From NCBI GenBank assembly GCA_963774265.1, contig CAVZDU010000010.1, positions 160,001 to 224,000 on the forward strand: a stretch of 64,000 bases of DNA, written 5' to 3'. Within the stretch, counting starts at the first letter, position 1. Each line of letters opens with the position of its first letter. Source of the stretch: an uncultured Chloroflexia bacterium (GTDB lineage Bacteria > Chloroflexota > Anaerolineae > CG2-30-64-16). This document shows, piece after piece, positions 20,688-28,990 of this stretch. A program made the position numbers and the translations under genes. The notes beneath the pieces are model-generated. The model saw nothing but the letters and a program-made list of their open reading frames with translations. It had not been told where the DNA came from and searched no databases.

Positions 20688-21092
20688 TTGATTGACCAAT
20701 TGCGGATGCTGGAAGAGTTTCACACCGTGTTCGGTGCGCACCTGGAGCGCACACCCACAGTAGATCTGACCGAAGAAACCATAGCGCTGCGCGTGAGTCT
20801 GATCCAGGAAGAACTGAACGAGTATCGCCAGGCCGCTGAAGCGCGCGATCTGGTGGGTGTGGCCGATGCTTTGAGCGATCTCATGTACGTGGTCCTCGGA
20901 ACCTATGTGGCGCACGGCTTGCAAGGCCTCGCGGAGCCACTGTTCGCCGAAGTGCATGCGAGCAACATGAGCAAGCTTGACGAGGACGGTCGCGTCATCT
21001 ATCGCCCGGACGGCAAAGTGCTCAAATCCACACGCTGGCGGCCGCCGGATCTTGCGGGGATTTTGGAACGCGATGCAGACAACGGAGAGTAG
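20688..21092 (+). CDS. MazG-like nucleotide pyrophosphohydrolase (DR2231/PRA-PH type)
   Basis: LIQEELNE, ADALSDLMYV, EVHASNMSK and RPDGKVLK. Confidence 0.85.
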   Translation: MIDQLRMLEEFHTVFGAHLERTPTVDLTEETIALRVSLIQEELNEYRQAAEARDLVGVADALSDLMYVVLGTYVAHGLQGLAEPLFAEVHASNMSKLDEDGRVIYRPDGKVLKSTRWRPPDLAGILERDADNGE

Positions 21093-22125
21093 GAAGCGCC
21101 TTTATATCGCCTACACTGGCGGCACGATCGGCATGGGGCGGACAGCGGAGGGGTACGCGCCGGCGCCAGGTTTCCTCGCGGAGCAGATGGTCGCGATGCC
21201 CGAGTTGGCCGATCCGCGCATGCCGCGCTACGACATCCACGAGTATGAGCCGTTGCTGGACTCCTCCAATATGCGGCCCGCAGACTGGGTGCGGATTGGT
21301 CGCGACATCGTGGCGCATTATGGCCAGTATGATGGGTTCATCGTCCTGCATGGAACCGACACGATGGCCTACACTGCCTCAGCGCTTCCTTTCTTTATCC
21401 AGGGTTTGGCTAAGCCGGTGCTCATCACGGGATCGCAAATCCCCCTGACGGAAGTGCGCAACGATGCGCGCAACAGCCTGATCACCTCCATGCTCATTGC
21501 GGCAGAGGCACGCGTTCCCGAAGTGTGCCTGTACTTCGGGAACAAGCTCCTGCGGGGGTGCCGGTCAACCAAGGTGCATGCCGACGGGCTGGATGCGTTC
21601 GATTCGCCCAACTATCCCCCCCTTGGAATCGTGGGTGTGGATGTCGACATAGATGCGACGCACGTCCGGCAGCCACTGAGTTCAGGCGAGGTGCTGCTGA
21701 CTGAACCTGTGCGAGAAGCGATGGTAGGCGCGTTCCCTCTGTTTCCTGGTCTTTCGCCGGATCTGTTGCGCAATGTGCTGCAAGCGCCACTTCAGGGGCT
21801 GGTCTTGCTGGCGTATGGCGTTGGAAATGGACCGGACCGCGACGAAGTCTTGCTGCGCGTTGTCCGCGAGGCGACTGACCGCGGTGTGGTGGTGGTGGCC
21901 TGCACCCAGTGCCTGCGCGGGTCGGTGCACCTGGGTGAGTATGCTACTGGCGCAGCCCTTGCGCGGGCCGGCGTGATCAGCGGCTTCGACATGACCACCG
22001 AGGCTGCCCTGTGCAAGCTGTACTACCTGTTCAGCATCGGTCGTTCGCCGGACGAAGTGCGGCGGATGATGCGAGAGGACTTGTGCGGCGAAGTGACCCT
22101 GCCGCCGGTGAGGCAGGTGTCTTGA
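21073..22125 (+). CDS. ansA: L-asparaginase type I
   Basis: YTGGTIGM, HGTDTMAY, TGSQ, AFDSPN and DMTTEAA. Confidence 0.95.
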   Translation: MQTTESRKRLYIAYTGGTIGMGRTAEGYAPAPGFLAEQMVAMPELADPRMPRYDIHEYEPLLDSSNMRPADWVRIGRDIVAHYGQYDGFIVLHGTDTMAYTASALPFFIQGLAKPVLITGSQIPLTEVRNDARNSLITSMLIAAEARVPEVCLYFGNKLLRGCRSTKVHADGLDAFDSPNYPPLGIVGVDVDIDATHVRQPLSSGEVLLTEPVREAMVGAFPLFPGLSPDLLRNVLQAPLQGLVLLAYGVGNGPDRDEVLLRVVREATDRGVVVVACTQCLRGSVHLGEYATGAALARAGVISGFDMTTEAALCKLYYLFSIGRSPDEVRRMMREDLCGEVTLPPVRQVS

Positions 22126-22364
22126 ATGGACTGTTATTTGGATTTGGACGAGGCGCGGCGGTTTGGCTGCTGCTCGCGGGGCCAATTGCCCTGCTGATAG
22201 GACTGCGGAATCCTCGGGAGAAAGGCTGAGGAACACGCGTGCCGGGCAGAGATGCCGAGATTAGCTCGCTTGACGTAAGCCTCGCGGGGTGCTATAGTGT
22301 CTATGACGCACCGCGTCATAGACGATCAGTGTCCGGTGCGCACAGACCGAAGAAGGAGGTCTCG

Positions 22365-22958
22365 ATGGAAGATAAGTCCACTTTCACCGTTCCAGAGATG
22401 GCTGCAGACGAGGCTGGCGAGCAGATCCAGGATCCGACGACTGATACTGAGATTATGAGCGGTATCAAGAAGATGGTCAACGATGCTACCGCACAAGTGG
22501 AGCGGCTGCCTGGCGGCAAGCATGTGCGCGAAGCCGTGAAGAGCGTTTCGGAACAGGTCAAGCAGGGCGCCCAGGATCTGGAGAAAAATCCCCTGGTAGT
22601 TGCCGCGCATAAGGTTTTGCTGGCAGGCGTGGGCGCTGCCGCCCTGGCACAAGAGGAAATCGAGGATTTCGCCAACCGGCTCATCGAGCGCGGTCAAATC
22701 GCTGAGGCAGATGGCAAGCGTATGGTCAAGGACGTGCTGGAGCAGCGCCGCAAACAGATGGAGCGCACCGGTGAACGGGCGCAGGGAGTCGCATCCGATC
22801 TCGCTGAGGGCCAGCGGCGCATCGCTGATGACGTCGAGCAACGAATTGAGCGTGTCTTGGCGCGCATGAATATCCCAACGAAGGAGGAGATCGAGACGTT
22901 GACCTCGAAGATTACCGCGCTGACCCGCAAGGTCGATGAGTTGAAGAAGTCCGGGTAA
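22365..22958 (+). CDS. Phasin / PHA granule-associated protein (PhaF/PhaI-like)
   Basis: KVLLAGVGA..L...LIERG and RMNIPTKEEIETL..KI..L. Confidence 0.8.
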   Translation: MEDKSTFTVPEMAADEAGEQIQDPTTDTEIMSGIKKMVNDATAQVERLPGGKHVREAVKSVSEQVKQGAQDLEKNPLVVAAHKVLLAGVGAAALAQEEIEDFANRLIERGQIAEADGKRMVKDVLEQRRKQMERTGERAQGVASDLAEGQRRIADDVEQRIERVLARMNIPTKEEIETLTSKITALTRKVDELKKSG

Positions 22959-22960
22959 CG

Positions 22961-23389
22961 ATGCCCATCGTCAAGCGCTACCCCAATCGCAAGCTTTACG
23001 ATATGGCCGCCAAGCAGTATGTGTCGCTGGAGGCAATCGCGAATATGGTTCGGCGAGGTGAGCCGGTGCAAGTCGTAGACAACGCGACGGGAGATGACCA
23101 CACCACGCTGATCCTGGCCCAGATCATTGTGGAACAGGAGAAGCGCGGCGATGGCTGCCTGCCGCTTGACGTTCTGACTGGTCTGATTCAAGCCGGTGGC
23201 AACACGCTTGCTGGCCTAAGGCATCGACTCAGCACTCCCTCTGAAAGAGCCCTGGAGGAAAAGGCGTTGGAGAATGCGCTGCTTGCTCGGGGCATGCCGA
23301 CGCGTGAGGATGTGTCGCGCCTGTCAGACCTGCTCGATCAGTTGGCCGCGGAGGTGGACAGGCTGCATCCCGGTCCGCAGGGCAAGTGA
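22961..23389 (+). CDS. PhaR-like PHA synthesis regulator (N-terminal DNA-binding domain)
   Basis: VKRYPNRKLYD...YVSL...V.VVDN.TGDD.T..ILAQII.E; C-terminal phasin-like PTREDV helix. Confidence 0.85.
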   Translation: MPIVKRYPNRKLYDMAAKQYVSLEAIANMVRRGEPVQVVDNATGDDHTTLILAQIIVEQEKRGDGCLPLDVLTGLIQAGGNTLAGLRHRLSTPSERALEEKALENALLARGMPTREDVSRLSDLLDQLAAEVDRLHPGPQGK

Positions 23390-23395
23390 CAAAAA

Positions 23396-23426
23396 GAGCT
23401 CCCGAGAAACTAACCTTCGGGAGCTC
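23396..23426. terminator. Hairpin between convergent genes
   Basis: GAGCTCCCGA...TCGGGAGCTC with an A-run on the left. Confidence 0.6.
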
Positions 23427-23471
23427 GACAAGGCGAAAGTTGGCCCGCTGTGAGCCAGGCCACGTTCCTTT

Positions 23472-23696
23472 TCAGAACAAGCCTCGCACAGCCAGCGTGA
23501 AGCCGAAGATCAGCAGCGGGACGCCAACGATCGCGCCGACGACGGTTATTGTCAGGGCCACGCCGGCAATCATCAACACCAGGCCAAGCAGCATGGCGAC
23601 CAGCCTTCCGGTCACCTTGATGATGCCGGCCACGAGTCCCCAAAGGGCGGCAAACGGCCACAGATACCAGGGTGTGTTGCGCTGCGTATTGCTCAA
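23472..23696 (-). CDS. Small membrane protein
   Basis: GGAGG SD and hydrophobic helices. Confidence 0.75.
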   Translation of the reverse strand: MSNTQRNTPWYLWPFAALWGLVAGIIKVTGRLVAMLLGLVLMIAGVALTITVVGAIVGVPLLIFGFTLAVRGLF

Positions 23697-23759
23697 GAGA
23701 ATCCTCCGCTAATCGTCCAGTTACTATCCTATACGCAGCCTACGGACCGTTGTTTCGCG

Positions 23760-24839
23760 CTACATGCCTGCTGCGACAACTGCGGTGCATTCGTCGTTCC
23801 GCAGGGTCATGCAGTTCACCCCTTGCACGACACCTTCTTTGGCGGGCGTCTCGTCGACCGCGAAGCGGATAATTTTGCCAAGGCCCGAAATGGCGAAGAT
23901 ATCATCGCCCGGCTTGGCGGGCGTCGCGCCGATCAGCCGATCGGCCTTCATGGCCTGTTTGCCTCCCGAGCCGGGGGCCTTGTTGAGCGCGAAGCCAGAC
24001 ATCTGCCGCACTGTGCCTTTGCCGTCGGCCGCCAGCATAAAGACGCCCTCATCGCCCCTCACACTCGCTACGCCGACCACCACGTCGCCCGGATCGACGC
24101 GGATGCCCAGGCTGCCTCGCACCGCAACCTGGGGCTCGGCGAAGCGGATGGCGAGTCCCCTAGCCGTAGCGATAAACAGATCTGCGTCCGCTGCTGACCA
24201 GCACGCAGCTGCCGGTGCGCCGCCGTCTCTTGTGTCATACAGGATCGTGCCGGGCTGGAGTGCCCGGCCAAAGACGTTGTACCGCCATCGGCGCACCTGA
24301 CCGCGGCGTGTCACCATGGTGAGGTACCCGGCGCCCATGTCGGGCGTGAGTAGTGCGATCTTTTCTTCGGACGTGAGTGGCGCCCACTTCCGGATAGACT
24401 CGCCGCGCCCGCGCACAGGCGATTCGGCGAGCTGGTTGACCGGGAGCGGGAATACACGACCCAGCGTGGTCATGACGATCAGAGTCTGGGAGAAATCCGC
24501 CACAGTCAGCAAAGCCGGTGGATCGCCTTCGGGCGCGTCCAGGTCGAACACCCCCATGCCGCCGCGTCGCTGTCGGTCGTACAGGTGGCGCGGGGTGCGC
24601 TTGACGATTCCACCGGCGGTTGCGGTGATCATGTTATAGGTGGTCGGCGCCTCGCTGGGGCCGGCGGGTTCATCGTCGTTCTCATGGGAAGCTTCGCTGC
24701 GCTCGCTTGACACCGCAGCGCCACGCATTCGGCGTTCGAGGTTTGTTTCGCGCAATGATTCGAGTTCGGTTTCAAGGGACTGAATGTAACTCAGCACCTC
24801 CAACGGGAGGCCTGAGAGATCAGGTCGATCAACAGGCAT
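23760..24839 (-). CDS. Stand-alone DNA gyrase A C-terminal beta-pinwheel domain protein
   Basis: GyrA-box-like QRRGGMG after TAGGIVKRTP; about six blades (T..G...RF, RG..G); no breakage-reunion domain. Confidence 0.85.
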   Translation of the reverse strand: MPVDRPDLSGLPLEVLSYIQSLETELESLRETNLERRMRGAAVSSERSEASHENDDEPAGPSEAPTTYNMITATAGGIVKRTPRHLYDRQRRGGMGVFDLDAPEGDPPALLTVADFSQTLIVMTTLGRVFPLPVNQLAESPVRGRGESIRKWAPLTSEEKIALLTPDMGAGYLTMVTRRGQVRRWRYNVFGRALQPGTILYDTRDGGAPAAACWSAADADLFIATARGLAIRFAEPQVAVRGSLGIRVDPGDVVVGVASVRGDEGVFMLAADGKGTVRQMSGFALNKAPGSGGKQAMKADRLIGATPAKPGDDIFAISGLGKIIRFAVDETPAKEGVVQGVNCMTLRNDECTAVVAAGM

Positions 24840-24899
24840 CAGTGTGCACGCCTTTCTGTTCGGTCGCTGAGCTGGTTGTGGCATTCGCCTCACCTGGCG

Positions 24900-25619
24900 T
24901 CAAGTGATCAGCTCTGGCGGCAGGTGCTCCACGCGGTTCTGGAAGCGGATGCTCACGCGGCCATCGGGGCGGAACCGGACGCGTGTGATCCCGGTATTGT
25001 CATGGTGGAAGAAAACAGGGGCATCTTGCGGCACGCAAACGAGCGCACGCAGCAGATATGCAGAGAAGCCTCCGTGCGTAACCAACGCAAGACGTTCGTC
25101 GCTCAGCGCTTCTCTCCGCAACGCAGCCGCGACACGCTCGGCGCGGTCGAGAAAGCACGCGCGATCTTCAAATTTATAGCGCCACCAGCCACCCTCTGTG
25201 ACATCGTCGGGTAAGCGGAAGTCGGGGAACTGCGCGGTGATCTCAGCACGCGTCATGCCGGGATAACCTCGGATGCCCTCATCCGCCCCGTGGTCGAGCC
25301 ACATCCCTCCCTCTTCGTGGATATCCACCCAAACATGAGGTGGGAGGTTTAGCGCCTGGCCGATAGCGCTCGCGGTCTGCAATGCGCGCAGCATCGCGCT
25401 GCAATACAGCCGGCTGATGCGCTGCCCACCATTTGAGGGATCGGAGGGCTGACCCTCGATAGGCTTTGTCTTATGGTCGATGCCATTGGCCAGGTGCGTT
25501 GCGACCAACTGCGCCTGGCGCATGCCCAGGTCAGTCAGCGGTGGGTCAACAACGCGCTCGACCTGGTCGACGAGCGCGTTGTTAGCCGATTGTGCGTGTC
25601 GGATGATAAACAGTTCCAT
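24900..25619 (-). CDS. Histidine phosphatase (phosphoglycerate mutase family)
   Basis: IIRHAQS.NN, LYCS.M.RALQT, VTHGG and DNTGIT. Confidence 0.9.
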   Translation of the reverse strand: MELFIIRHAQSANNALVDQVERVVDPPLTDLGMRQAQLVATHLANGIDHKTKPIEGQPSDPSNGGQRISRLYCSAMLRALQTASAIGQALNLPPHVWVDIHEEGGMWLDHGADEGIRGYPGMTRAEITAQFPDFRLPDDVTEGGWWRYKFEDRACFLDRAERVAAALRREALSDERLALVTHGGFSAYLLRALVCVPQDAPVFFHHDNTGITRVRFRPDGRVSIRFQNRVEHLPPELIT

Positions 25620-26887
25620 GACGGGCGATTGTAGCACGGAGTCGGCAATTTGGTCATTCCAGATTCTTGGAAGATCTTCCAGTAACTCTCCAGCCTCATT
25701 CGTGACAGTCGTCCAGAGCGCATCGCGGACTTAACTGCGCACCATGGTTCACGTGTGTGGGTGCAGTTCGCGTATTCGCAGGCCTTCGCGGGTTCTGCAA
25801 ACTCAGGATAGAAGCGGGGCAAGTCGGCTCGTTTCAGGCCGGCCAGCCCGAACTCACGTATCCCGGGAGTGTCAGCCACAAAACCGCCGTTCGCCAGTGG
25901 GTGCAGGGTCACCTGTGTCGTGGTGTGCCGGCCCTCCTGCCGCCGTTCGTTGACATCGCCGATCTTCAGGTTGAGGCCCGGTTCCACCGCACCGAGCAGC
26001 GACGACTTGCCCACACCGGATAGACCGGCCAGCGCAGTCGTGCGGCCGGCCAGCACATTGCGCAGTTCGTCGAGGCCGGCGCCTTGAACTGCGCTTGTCA
26101 GGATCACCTGGCACCCGGCCTCCCGGTAAGCAGCCTGTGTGGCGTCCAGCTCCCGGCGATCCTCTGCCAGGTCGATCTTGTTGATTGCGATCACAGGCGC
26201 CAGGTTGTGGCGCCGCGCCGCGATGAGATAGCGGTCCGTGAGTTCGGGCCAGAAGGCCGGACTGCGCCAGGACGCGACGATCAGCAATTGGTCCACGTTT
26301 GCGACGATGACCTGTTGCTTGAACGCGTTGAACGGGTCGGGCCTCGAGAGCGCGCTCCGCCGCGGCAGGATCGCGTCGACCATACCCCGCTCGTGTCCGT
26401 TGTGCGAGACGAGCACCTCATCGCCCACGGCCAGCATGTTGCTGTAGCCGCTGTGTTCGATACGCAGAGCCTTGCGGAGGCTGCACACATAGCGCCCCGC
26501 TTCGGTTTCGACAGTGTAGAGGCCGGTCGCAACCTCAACCACCGTGCCGCGTGATTGCTCGATCGCGGCCCGGTCCGGCTGGGCGTCGGCGGGCCCCGCA
26601 TCCTTGCGATTCTCGTGCGTTATAGTCACGCCGATTCCCTCGTGCAGCGGGGATCGAATCACCTTCGCCTGTCGCCATTCAGTTTCGCCTTTGGGCATGA
26701 TGCGCTCGGCAGCTTCGATGTCGAGATCGTCATAGCCGTTCGGATCTTCGACATAAACCTCGACCCAGTCCCGGCGGCGCACCTTGTCGGTCTTGGGCGT
26801 GTTCTTGGCTGTCGTCGCCGTCCCGGACTCCCGCCGGGACCTCTCTTCCATCCATATTTGGATTGCTTTTTGTTTCCTGGTAGCCAA
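25535..26887 (-). CDS. rsgA: Ribosome small-subunit-dependent GTPase A with N-terminal extension
   Basis: Circularly permuted order NKID / GLSGVGKSS / GRHTTT / DTPGIRE, and Zn finger C...NCTH..EP.C. The true stop is probably near 25654 (3' frameshift). Confidence 0.93.
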   Translation of the reverse strand: MATRKQKAIQIWMEERSRRESGTATTAKNTPKTDKVRRRDWVEVYVEDPNGYDDLDIEAAERIMPKGETEWRQAKVIRSPLHEGIGVTITHENRKDAGPADAQPDRAAIEQSRGTVVEVATGLYTVETEAGRYVCSLRKALRIEHSGYSNMLAVGDEVLVSHNGHERGMVDAILPRRSALSRPDPFNAFKQQVIVANVDQLLIVASWRSPAFWPELTDRYLIAARRHNLAPVIAINKIDLAEDRRELDATQAAYREAGCQVILTSAVQGAGLDELRNVLAGRTTALAGLSGVGKSSLLGAVEPGLNLKIGDVNERRQEGRHTTTQVTLHPLANGGFVADTPGIREFGLAGLKRADLPRFYPEFAEPAKACEYANCTHTREPWCAVKSAMRSGRLSRMRLESYWKIFQESGMTKLPTPCYNRPSWNCLSSDTHNRLTTRSSTRSSALLTHR

Positions 26888-26910
26888 CGTTTGGAATCTC
26901 CCTGTGAGTT

Positions 26911-27023
26911 AAAAGCAAAAGCCATGAGCGTGCGACATACGTCGTTTGGCTCATGGCCCGTCGGTTCGGTGCAGCGAATCAAAAGGCCATGAGCGTGCGA
27001 CACGTGCCGCGTAGCTCATGGCC
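26911..27023 (-). terminator. Two tandem, related intrinsic terminators in the rsgA leader
   Basis: GCCATGAGC...GCTCATGGC hairpins at 26911-26957 and 26981-27023, each followed by a U-tract on the minus strand. Confidence 0.85.
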
Positions 27024-27052
27024 TACAGTTCAGCGGGGGTTCCCGGTCTGGC

Positions 27053-27127
27053 TCAGGCTCTGTGAGCGAGGCGAGCGTTCGTGTCGCAAGCCGTTACGGT
27101 TTGCGCGAGGGCTTTGATATAGGCCAT
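27053..27127 (-). CDS. Putative 24-aa leader peptide MAYIKALAQTVTACDTNARLAHRA
   Basis: AAAGGAGG SD 8 nt before the ATG; lies between the promoter and the terminators. Confidence 0.7.
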   Translation of the reverse strand: MAYIKALAQTVTACDTNARLAHRA

Positions 27128-27167
27128 AACACTCGCCTCCTTTCATGGAGTCAATCTGGTTTCTCTA

Positions 27168-27195
27168 ACTATACTTAAATACGCACCGTTGTCAA
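27168..27195 (-). promoter_or_regulatory. sigma70-type promoter of the rsgA leader
   Basis: TTGACA-16nt-TATAGT. Confidence 0.7.
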
Positions 27196-27224
27196 AATCG
27201 TTGCACATCATTTTCGACTGGGAT

Positions 27225-27656
27225 TTACTGCAAGTAGTAGCGATAAACATTGGTCTCGCGGCGTTCAAAGCCGACCCGCTGATACAGCCGATTAGCCGCC
27301 TCACGCGACGGACGCGAGGTGAGATCGACCGTTGTCGCGCCGGCCGCCTTGGCGACCATCAGCGCATGCCGCGTTAGCGTCTCGCCGATGCCCTGCCCGC
27401 GCTGATTCCCGTCCACAATCACATCCTCGATCCACGCGCGCAAGCCCGTTGGGATGCGGAACATCGCGAGGGTCAGAGTGCCGACGATTTCATCCGCATC
27501 GTTGCGGGCCAACAAGAGGGTGATCGCCGGCGCCGAAACCATCTCCTGCAACTGTGCGTGCGTCGGCGCCGGATTCGACGACGAGAGCTGCGGTACGAGT
27601 CTCGCCATTGCCGCCATCAGTTGATCGGTCACTTCCGTAGCTTTTTCCACGCGCAT
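27225..27656 (-). CDS. GNAT acetyltransferase
   Basis: AWIEDVIVD..QRGQGIG and LTSRPSREAANRLY..GF; GGAGG SD before ATG 27656. Confidence 0.92.
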   Translation of the reverse strand: MRVEKATEVTDQLMAAMARLVPQLSSSNPAPTHAQLQEMVSAPAITLLLARNDADEIVGTLTLAMFRIPTGLRAWIEDVIVDGNQRGQGIGETLTRHALMVAKAAGATTVDLTSRPSREAANRLYQRVGFERRETNVYRYYLQ

Positions 27657-27679
27657 CTCTGTTCCTCCCAGGTTCGTCG

Positions 27680-27853
27680 GTAGGGGCAACCCTTGCGGTT
27701 GCCCCGGCAACGCAATTGCCCCGGTCATACGTTCGCCCCGATACCGGGCGGGGGCGAGCCGGGCGGGGGCGAGCCGGGCGGGGGCAAGCCGGGCGGGGGC
27801 AGGCAAGCCGGGCGGGGGCAGGCAAGCCGGGCGGGGGCAAGCCCCGCCCCTAC
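27680..27853. repeat. REP doublet (GTAG-type) with tandem expansion
   Basis: GTAGGGGCAACCCTTGCGGTTGCCC faces inverted GGGCGGGGGCAAGCCCCGCCCCTAC; six tandem GGGCGGGGGC(R)AGCC-type units. Confidence 0.88.
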
Positions 27854-28650
27854 GCCACATCGGACAGGTATTCCTCTACCTTCGCAGGGTAGGGATGGCT
27901 GGGCAGATTCTGCGGGTTATCTGCGTCAAGCGCCCACCGTAACGGGTTCTCCCGAATGTACCTACGGATCGCCTGCAACTCGCTTTCGCTGCGGATGACG
28001 TGTTCGTAGTAGTTGCGCTGCCAGAATTTGGCTCGGCGGGCCGGATCGTTGGCCCGAACCCAATCCAGATATGCAGCGAATATCAGAGACTTGAACACCC
28101 CGACCACGTCGCCCAGGACCGGTGCAGCCTTCACCGCAGTTGGCTCAGGAATCACCCAGGCTCGATGGTTTAAATAGGGCACAACCGCATCGGGGGCAAC
28201 CGCATCGGGGGCAACCGCAAGGGTTGCCCCTACATCTCGCCCTGTAGGGGCAGGGCTTGCCCCTGCCCCGTGTGCCCCTGCCCCATCTGCCCCTGCCCCA
28301 TCTGCCCCTGCCCCATCTGCCCCTGCCCCGTGTGCCCCTGCCCCATCTGCCTCTGCCCCATCTGCCCCTACCCGATCTTCCTTCGCGTCGACACCGGTCG
28401 CGGCCCGACAAATCCACAGGATGAAATGGCAGTGGTTCGGCATGACCACGAATTCGTCCAGCTCGATGGACGGGAACCACCTGGGCAGCGCTTGCCAGAC
28501 GTCGCTGATGATTCCCGACACGATCGGATCCCCCAGCACACACTCGCGCCCCTGCGTGCAGATGGTAACGAAATACGCGCCCGGCTCGGCATAGTCGTAG
28601 TCGGGCAGGCGAATAGAACGCCGTTGCTGTTTGTCCGGATCGTATGCCAT
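27850..28650 (-). CDS. REP-associated tyrosine transposase (RAYT/TnpA-REP, HUH Y1)
   Basis: RRSIRLPDYDY...GAYFVTICT, VVMPNHCH (HUH), FWQRNYYEHVIR and YIRENP; carries an in-frame REP insertion. Confidence 0.92.
   Translation of the reverse strand: MAYDPDKQQRRSIRLPDYDYAEPGAYFVTICTQGRECVLGDPIVSGIISDVWQALPRWFPSIELDEFVVMPNHCHFILWICRAATGVDAKEDRVGADGAEADGAGAHGAGADGAGADGAGADGAGAHGAGASPAPTGRDVGATLAVAPDAVAPDAVVPYLNHRAWVIPEPTAVKAAPVLGDVVGVFKSLIFAAYLDWVRANDPARRAKFWQRNYYEHVIRSESELQAIRRYIRENPLRWALDADNPQNLPSHPYPAKVEEYLSDVA
28177..28370. repeat. REP cluster inside the RAYT coding sequence
   Basis: GGGGCAACCGCAAGGGTTGCCCCTAC, GTAGGGGCAGGGCTTGCCCCTGCCCC and 15-nt tandem units encoding (GADGA)n. Confidence 0.88.
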
Positions 28651-28676
28651 AACCCACCCGATCATCCCATCCCGCT

Positions 28677-28750
28677 GTAGGGGCAGGGCTTGCCCCTGCC
28701 CCGATCTGCCCCCTTGCCCCTGCCCGATCTGCCCCGATCCACCCCCGCCC
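28677..28750. repeat. REP upstream of RAYT
   Basis: GTAGGGGCAGGGCTTGCCCCTGCCCC followed by degenerate copies. Confidence 0.8.
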
Positions 28751-28990
28751 CGGTATCGCTGAGCGGCCAGATCTCGCGAAATGCGGGTGTTGCACGTCTC
28801 CATTCGCCTCTCCCGGGTGAGACTCACGCGGTCGTTGGTCGGGACAGCAGGATGAGGACCGAATCGTGAGACCTACACCAGCGCGACGTGCAGCCGGCGG
28901 CCCAGTGCGGCGGCCGCTTTCTCCAGTGTCGCCAGCGTTGCTGACTCGGAGTCGCAATCCAGCAGCCTGTCAACCGCTGCCCGGCTCGTG

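Noticed and set aside
27745-28370. Possible CRISPR array
   Set aside because: The units are contiguous 15-19-nt tandem copies with no unique spacers and no cas genes; REP/RAYT explains them.
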